The translations under genes and the position numbers were made by a program. The notes beneath the pieces were generated by a model. It was given only the letters and a program-made list of their open reading frames with translations. It was not told the DNA's origin and did no database searches. A stretch of 64,000 nucleotides of DNA from a virus. This document shows, one piece after another, positions 58,808 to 64,000 of this stretch. The DNA lies in IMG/VR virus record IMGVR_UViG_3300015195_000006, positions 1 through 64,000 of that record. One strand, 5' to 3'. The stretch's first letter is position 1. The number at the start of each line of letters is the position of its first letter.

Positions 58808-61800
58808 GCCGAAACCAACTACAGACCGCGAATCAGTTTGACTCCTTCAAGTCCCGCGAGAGAAAACGGCTTGAGGGCATTGACGCGACCCTCGGCAATG
58901 GACACGGACTGGTTGACATTGGAGATTCGGGTTTCGTTTGGGCGAGACTCTATGGCGATGGTCGGCGCCTGATTCGCGTACGAGACGTGGCTGAAACGCT
59001 GAAGATAGACAACACCCCTATTCTCGTCGAGCGCGTCAACGAGAGCCAGAAAGCACTCTATCGCTTTGTGGGGAGAAATTCAGACCGCGCTTATTCTTCA
59101 GACCCACAGTCAAATACCGTAGCCAAACACGCGCTTCAGCACGAAGATGCCGATCGGGGAACTGGCGGGTTCGACAAAGTAAGAATATTCAACCGCGCCC
59201 TTGCCGAGGTTAAGGCAGTCGCCTTCGCTAATCCAGGGATGAGCGTCTTTGTCACACCGGGACCTTTTACCGTTAACGGGAACTGGAATTATTGGGCCGG
59301 GGGGAATACACCGGTCTTCGTCGCGCCTGCCTTGACTCGGATGGATCTGATTTATCTTGGGGCTGATCTCGCCCTTCACGTTCTCGCAGGATCGGATATG
59401 GCTTCGCCACCGACTCCGCCCGTCGTCCCAGACAATGTCTTTCCGATTGCGTGGGTCTTTCTAACTTCAGCTACGACAGCGATCAGTGAAACAGAACTCG
59501 CCAATGCTAAAATTATTGGGTCGCAAACTTTCCCTCCCGCTGTTGTCATACCGCCGTATTCAAACCCGATGACGACTCTTGGGGATATGGTTTATGAAGA
59601 TATATCTGGGGCGAACCTTGTGCGCTTTCCTGCAGGTGGGGTTGCTAGTTACAGCGCAGTCAATTCTTATAGCGGATCTTATTTGCCCGATAAAGCAGCA
59701 GACGGAGATATTACAACCGATTGGGTCGCATCTGGTTTACCTCATCCTTGTTGGTGGCGCGTAGATTTCACGGTCGCCCAAATTGTTGGCAGGGTTATTT
59801 TACGAAATCGAAACAATGGAGTAGACCAGTTTGGATCCACCGGAACTATAACTTTCAGCGATGGCTCGTCTGTTCCTTTTTCAGGACTGGCTCTTGGTGG
59901 CGCACCGCTCACGATTGATTTTCCGGTTAAAAGCGGGATCACCTGGATTCAGGCAAACGGTGACGCACTGGCTGGAGCAAACGCGGGTCTAGCTGAGGTC
60001 GAAGCATATGCGGAATCTGCTACACGGCTACCCATCGGTACTGTCGGACAAGTCTTGCAGGTAGTCAGCGGCTTACCCGCGTGGGGTAGTTTAACAACTC
60101 CAATCCACGCCGCCACATCCAAAGTCACACCCGTTGACGCAGACGAGATTCCTCTCGCTGATTCTGCTGCGTCCTGGGGACTGAAAAAACTAACGTGGGC
60201 AAATATCAAAGCCACGTTGAAAACTTATTTTGATGGATTTTATTCCCTCATAGGTCATACTCATTCCTATCTTTCGTCAGCATTAACTTCCGCGCATATC
60301 TTTGTGGGCAACGGCTCGAACGTCGCCACTGACGTTGCAATGAGTGGCGATGCGACGATTAGCAATACGGGTGCATTGACGCTGGCAACGGCTAATGCTA
60401 ATGTCGGCACATTCGGTAGCGCAACCCAGGTCGGACAATTCACGGTTGATGCAAAGGGCAGAATCACAGCCGCAAGCAATGTGGCGATTGCGGCGGGTGG
60501 AACTCCAGGCGGATCAAACACGCAGGTTCAATATAACGATTCGGGCGTGTTTGGCGGGGATGCGGGATTAGTTTGGGATAAGACCAACAAGGTTTTGACC
60601 ATCGCGCACACCGCGCCCAAGTTTGTAATGACCAACACCACAGGCGGGGCGAAATCACTGACTATCGCCGTTGGTGCAACTGCGAACATTGCCGATTTTC
60701 GAGAATCAGCGGGGGCGAGTGGAAGCTTGCTAGCGCTGGATTTAGCGAATAAACGAGTGGGAATTGGAACGAATGCGCCGTCATTTGATTTTGAGATTTA
60801 TGGAACAAACTCGCCATCTATTAAAGTTAATAACGGAAGCACAACTGGCTATAGCCAGGTTTTGCTTTCAAACACCACTGGCAACGTCTGTCAGTTTTTT
60901 GTGAATGGGTCAGCGCAAGCAACTTACGGCGGAGCAAATTCATTTAACATTCTAACGGCGGGAAACTACCCAATCACATTCAATACCAATAACGTTGCCA
61001 GGGCAATCATTCTAGGAAACGGGAATGTTGGTATTGTCACGCTGAACCCAGTTGTGCCGTTTCAGGTCAAAGGTGTGTCCAGCTTCTTCGTTAGCGACAC
61101 TGGGCGTGGATTGACGATAGATCCGGGGCTGACAACTGGGGTAGTGAATATCTACACAGACTACCTAGGCGGGAGTCAACCCAATCTGCATCTTGCGTCT
61201 TATTCTGATCGCGCTGGGGCAAACGGAATTACTATTATCAATGGCGGGAGCGTTGGGATTGGCACATCTTCGCCAACCAACCTTCTCTCTCTCGGCGGCA
61301 ACTCTGCCCGCACGATCTGGATGGAACGCCACACCGTAAGCAATTCAGTTGGCAACCCTTTGACCGTTCAAGCGGGCGGAGCAACAAGTGGGGCAACAAA
61401 CAAATTAGGCGGTGATGCGATCTTTGCAGCTGGACTTGGAACTGGTAACGCCGGAAGTGGGAAAGTAAGATTACAAGTTGCTCCGCCAGGTTCGTCTGGC
61501 ACAGCCGATAATACGCTGGCAGACGGATTGGTGATTGACAATTATGGAAATGCTTCGCTTGGCGCAGCAACGACCACTGGGAAAAACAGATTGTTCATTC
61601 CTGGCGGAACGGCGATTGCGGTTGGCGACGTTGTGCTAGGAGCGGGTTGGGGCGCGAACGCGGTTGTCACGGCAGTATCGGGCAACGATATGCGCGGGAC
61701 GATCACGGTGACGACCAGTGCGCTTGATACGCCTCTGGCGACTCCATCTCTGACTCTGACATTCAAAGATGGAACGTGGACATCCGTGCCACTAGCGATT

Positions 61801-61944
61801 GCCAACATCAATGATCAAAGCACAGGGACACTTGCGGCGGCATCGTGTCATTGCACCGCGACAACACTTGTGATATCATACGATGGAACACCAACTGCAC
61901 TATTGTCCCGCACCTATGTATTCAATTACGTTTGCCTAGGATAG
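58804..61944 (+). CDS. tail fibre with discoidin / F5/8-type-C-like carbohydrate-binding domain
   Basis: 1046 aa. YLPDKAADGDITTDWVASGLPHPCWWRVDF...VILRNR (about 59640-59950). Gly/Thr/Asn-rich repetitive C-terminal half. Confidence 0.7.
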   Translation: MSRNQLQTANQFDSFKSRERKRLEGIDATLGNGHGLVDIGDSGFVWARLYGDGRRLIRVRDVAETLKIDNTPILVERVNESQKALYRFVGRNSDRAYSSDPQSNTVAKHALQHEDADRGTGGFDKVRIFNRALAEVKAVAFANPGMSVFVTPGPFTVNGNWNYWAGGNTPVFVAPALTRMDLIYLGADLALHVLAGSDMASPPTPPVVPDNVFPIAWVFLTSATTAISETELANAKIIGSQTFPPAVVIPPYSNPMTTLGDMVYEDISGANLVRFPAGGVASYSAVNSYSGSYLPDKAADGDITTDWVASGLPHPCWWRVDFTVAQIVGRVILRNRNNGVDQFGSTGTITFSDGSSVPFSGLALGGAPLTIDFPVKSGITWIQANGDALAGANAGLAEVEAYAESATRLPIGTVGQVLQVVSGLPAWGSLTTPIHAATSKVTPVDADEIPLADSAASWGLKKLTWANIKATLKTYFDGFYSLIGHTHSYLSSALTSAHIFVGNGSNVATDVAMSGDATISNTGALTLATANANVGTFGSATQVGQFTVDAKGRITAASNVAIAAGGTPGGSNTQVQYNDSGVFGGDAGLVWDKTNKVLTIAHTAPKFVMTNTTGGAKSLTIAVGATANIADFRESAGASGSLLALDLANKRVGIGTNAPSFDFEIYGTNSPSIKVNNGSTTGYSQVLLSNTTGNVCQFFVNGSAQATYGGANSFNILTAGNYPITFNTNNVARAIILGNGNVGIVTLNPVVPFQVKGVSSFFVSDTGRGLTIDPGLTTGVVNIYTDYLGGSQPNLHLASYSDRAGANGITIINGGSVGIGTSSPTNLLSLGGNSARTIWMERHTVSNSVGNPLTVQAGGATSGATNKLGGDAIFAAGLGTGNAGSGKVRLQVAPPGSSGTADNTLADGLVIDNYGNASLGAATTTGKNRLFIPGGTAIAVGDVVLGAGWGANAVVTAVSGNDMRGTITVTTSALDTPLATPSLTLTFKDGTWTSVPLAIANINDQSTGTLAAASCHCTATTLVISYDGTPTALLSRTYVFNYVCLG
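59267..59282. repeat. copy of 16-bp dyad motif
   Basis: TTACCG TTAA CGGGAA. Encodes FTVNGN in the tail fibre gene. Confidence 0.85.
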
Positions 61945-61951
61945 GAGAACT

Positions 61952-62441
61952 ATGTTACCCAATCTTGACCGATACGCCAAACTCAAAGCAAAAGGCAGAA
62001 TAACGCTGGCGAAAATCCCCGGTACACCCGTAACTTATACGCTGACGCGACAGACGATTGATCCTGATACTGGGGGATAATTTTACACAGGAAGTCGAAG
62101 GTCCAATCACACTTGCCGAGATTGACGCAGCGATTGCTGCGCACAATGCCGCGCGAACTCAACTCAACAATTTCAAAGCCGACCTAGTGGCTTTGGGATA
62201 GAAAGATAAAATAAAAAATCCACTCAATAGTCGAACTGTTCAGAAATCGCCCGAACAGAAATTCGCGGATGAGTACGATGCACTGTGTAGAAAGCATGGC
62301 TTGCAAGTCGTTGCAATTCCAAACTGGGTCGTGACAAATCATGGCACGTTTGAACTGGCAATGCAATACTCGGTGGGGCGATTGCCGAATGTCCCAGTTC
62401 AAGCAAGCCCCGAACCTGCGCCAATGCCAGATAAAGAATGA
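61952..62441 (+). pseudogene. interrupted coding region (three consecutive open segments)
   Basis: Segment 1 (61952..62080) ends just after a G5 run at 62072-62076. Segment 2 continues in the +1 frame to TAG 62199-62201. Segment 3 stays open in that same frame to 62441 but has no start codon before 62301. Confidence 0.35.
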
Positions 62442-62563
62442 ATGACGACATCTATACCTGGCAAGACGCGTTGATCGCGTTCATCGTTTGGGGACTGGGA
62501 GGCACCGCCATCGTTGTGGGGTTCGCGGGGATGCTGATTCAACTCTTTTATAGGATTCAATAA
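62438..62563 (+). CDS. small single-TM protein (41 aa), holin-like
   Basis: Hand translation MNDDIYTWQDALIAFIVWGLGGTAIVVGFAGMLIQLFYRIQ. TAATG overlap with the next gene. Confidence 0.4.
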   Translation: MNDDIYTWQDALIAFIVWGLGGTAIVVGFAGMLIQLFYRIQ

Positions 62564-63132
62564 TGGGCGAGACACCTCCAAACGGCAAAGGCATCACAAC
62601 CCAGGAATGGGTGCGCGACATCCTGAACTTTCTCATCAAACTTGTTGAAGCAAATGACAAGCGTTATGAGGAACGCTACCAGGCGCAAAAAGAAGCGATC
62701 ACCAAAGCCGAGGTTGCCCAAGCGGGTTACAATATTGGACACAATAATTTGCTGGCAGACAACCGCAAGCAAGCCGATGAGTTCTCCAGGAAATTCGAGG
62801 GTCTTACAACCAAGGATGAAACGACCCTCCGCATCGCGGCAATCACGGATAGAATCAACGTCATAGACAAGGCGCACATTGAATTAGTTTCCCAGGTTAC
62901 CAATCATTTGCAAATGCCCATTCATCCTGGGGCGCATAGTCAGTTAGACAGTATTAGGGCAAGCGTCAAAGAACTCCAGGACACCCAACTCAAAGTAATT
63001 GGCGCACAGTCACAGAAAACAGAAACGAAGATTGACACTCGCTGGATTGCCGCATTTGTAGTAACTCTGTTTTTCTCGCTGGCAGGATTCCTCATCGCGA
63101 TATTCAATCTATTGCGGAGTCTGGTCAAGTGA
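62563..63132 (+). CDS. coiled-coil protein with C-terminal TM anchor (189 aa), lysis-associated candidate
   Basis: Long helical region, then WIAAFVVTLFFSLAGFLIAIFNLL. Confidence 0.5.
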   Translation: MGETPPNGKGITTQEWVRDILNFLIKLVEANDKRYEERYQAQKEAITKAEVAQAGYNIGHNNLLADNRKQADEFSRKFEGLTTKDETTLRIAAITDRINVIDKAHIELVSQVTNHLQMPIHPGAHSQLDSIRASVKELQDTQLKVIGAQSQKTETKIDTRWIAAFVVTLFFSLAGFLIAIFNLLRSLVK

Positions 63133-63341
63133 ACGAGCCGTTCATCGTCCCGCGCCGCCAGTTCGAGGGTTGCCGCGAGTGGACGTGGCGCGTGATCGAA
63201 TGCCAAAGGGCAGAAGGATTTTTTGATGATTCTACAAAATATGAACCAGGGAGACTTATTCCTAGTGCTGATCTTCGCGTCCCTGCTCTTGACCTGGTGG
63301 GTTGTGAGCGAGTGGAGGAAATAAATGCAAACGTCTTCTGA
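63129..63341 (+). CDS. hypothetical ORF (70 aa); alternative to 63241..63324
   Basis: GTG in GTGA overlap with the upstream stop. Overlaps the subtilase start by 17 nt. Confidence 0.3.
   Translation: MNEPFIVPRRQFEGCREWTWRVIECQRAEGFFDDSTKYEPGRLIPSADLRVPALDLVGCERVEEINANVF
63241..63324 (+). CDS. mini membrane ORF (27 aa)
   Basis: MNQGDLFLVLIFASLLLTWWVVSEWRK. Its TAA abuts the subtilase ATG at 63325. Confidence 0.3.
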   Translation: MNQGDLFLVLIFASLLLTWWVVSEWRK

Positions 63342-64000
63342 TCTGTACCAACAAAAGGTTCACCCGACTCTGATCGCGTATCTCGAAGGCGTTCACGCCG
63401 AAAACGCACTCGTTCCCGTGATCGTCACGAAGGTTCCACGCTTTGCGGTTCCGCTGTGGATGCCGCGCGCTACGTTCGTCTCGCATCTGACGATGCACTA
63501 CGCGCTCAAACTCACGTCCCAGCAAATCCGCGCTCTCGCGGAGCACGGCTCGTCCGAACGGATCGAGCTAGACAAGATCGTGCATACGCGCCTGAGCGAT
63601 TCGGCGCCGCTGATCGGTGCGCCGCAGGTCTGGGCGCAAGGCGATACAGGCGTTGGGATCAAGGTTGCGGTTGTGGACACAGGCATCGACGACACGCATC
63701 CCGATCTCCAGGGTCGCGTGATCGCGAGCAAAGATTTCACGGGAAGCGGCTCGACCGAAGACGGATTCGGGCATTCCACTCACGTCGCCAGTATCATCGG
63801 TGGCACGGGCGCGGCGAGCGGCGGCAAGTGTCGCGGCATCGCGCCGGGCGTATCGTTTCTCAATGCGCGCGTGCTGGATTCGTCTGGGTCAGGATCGGAC
63901 TCCTGGGTAATGGAGGGTGTACAGTGGTCAGTGGACAACGGCGCGCAGATCATCAACCTCTCGCTGGGGAGCGACGGTCAGAACGATGGCACCGATGCTC
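63325..64000 (+). CDS. subtilase (S8) peptidase, N-terminal part; runs off the window
   Basis: Hand translation: propeptide-like region, then VAVVDTGIDDTHPDL (Asp), GHSTHVASIIGG (His) and IINLSLG. GGAGGAAATAAATG start context. No stop before nt 64000, which is why it is absent from the ORF track. Confidence 0.8.
   Translation, partial: MQTSSDLYQQKVHPTLIAYLEGVHAENALVPVIVTKVPRFAVPLWMPRATFVSHLTMHYALKLTSQQIRALAEHGSSERIELDKIVHTRLSDSAPLIGAPQVWAQGDTGVGIKVAVVDTGIDDTHPDLQGRVIASKDFTGSGSTEDGFGHSTHVASIIGGTGAASGGKCRGIAPGVSFLNARVLDSSGSGSDSWVMEGVQWSVDNGAQIINLSLGSDGQNDGTDA

Noticed and set aside
2614-59282. Reading the 16-bp dyad motif as an RNA hairpin or terminator, or as a conserved peptide (xPVNGK / FPVTVN)
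   Set aside because: Half-site substitutions are not compensatory (CCG opposite CAG, C opposite T), and no U-tract follows. The peptide idea fails because the motif occurs in three different frames, supplies stop codons twice, and is intergenic once.
1-64000. Search for tRNA/tmRNA genes, CRISPR arrays, integrase/recombinase genes and att-type terminal direct repeats
   Set aside because: No T-loop-containing cloverleaf, no spaced repeat array and no tyrosine- or serine-recombinase motif was seen on either strand. The two ends look like parts of one phage gene rather than host flanks. I therefore do not call a prophage boundary.
63999-64000. Direct in-frame junction of nt 64000 to nt 1 (the reading phases happen to match)
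   Set aside because: The catalytic-Ser region of the subtilase would be missing, so the ends cannot be directly contiguous. The phase match is uninformative if a gap of unknown length exists.

Overview
The window reads as one nearly complete, gene-dense genome of a tailed dsDNA phage, not ordinary chromosome. It looks siphovirus-like: 873-aa tape measure, no sheath gene. Two long gene blocks diverge from a promoter region at about 20.9-21.0 kb and converge on a palindromic terminator at 1916-1941. The leftward block (20887 down to 1995, minus strand) carries replication and DNA-metabolism genes: DnaB helicase, a lambda-O-like initiator next to iteron-like repeats, an N6-adenine methylase, a RadC/JAB-DUF4326 fusion, VRR-NUC and other nucleases, an S24-peptidase-like protein, and dozens of tiny translationally coupled ORFs. 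The rightward block (21027 to 64000, apparently continuing into 1-1898) carries terminase, portal, a 1293-aa ATP-grasp/prohead-protease/scaffold polyprotein, major capsid, a tail tube fused to a BNR propeller, tape measure, a 1363-aa tail protein ending in a GH25 muramidase, tail fibre, small lysis-like membrane proteins and a subtilase. The structural block also holds a glycan-biosynthesis island: six glycosyltransferase genes, GDP-fucose synthase and two SAM methyltransferases. Eight homing-type endonuclease genes are present (3 GIY-YIG, 5 HNH). I saw no tRNA, rRNA, CRISPR array, integrase or att repeats. Four observations stand out. (1) A 16-bp dyad motif, TTMCCG-N4-CRGKRA, occurs 14 times in unrelated genes, in all three reading frames and in non-coding DNA. 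(2) A DNA methylase gene carries an in-frame 229-codon insertion whose opposite strand encodes an HNH endonuclease with its own consensus promoter. (3) The ATP-grasp ligase is fused to the head protease/scaffold. (4) All three GIY-YIG genes have a promoter placed for leaderless translation. Functional calls rest on motifs read by eye and on gene order; no database search was possible.
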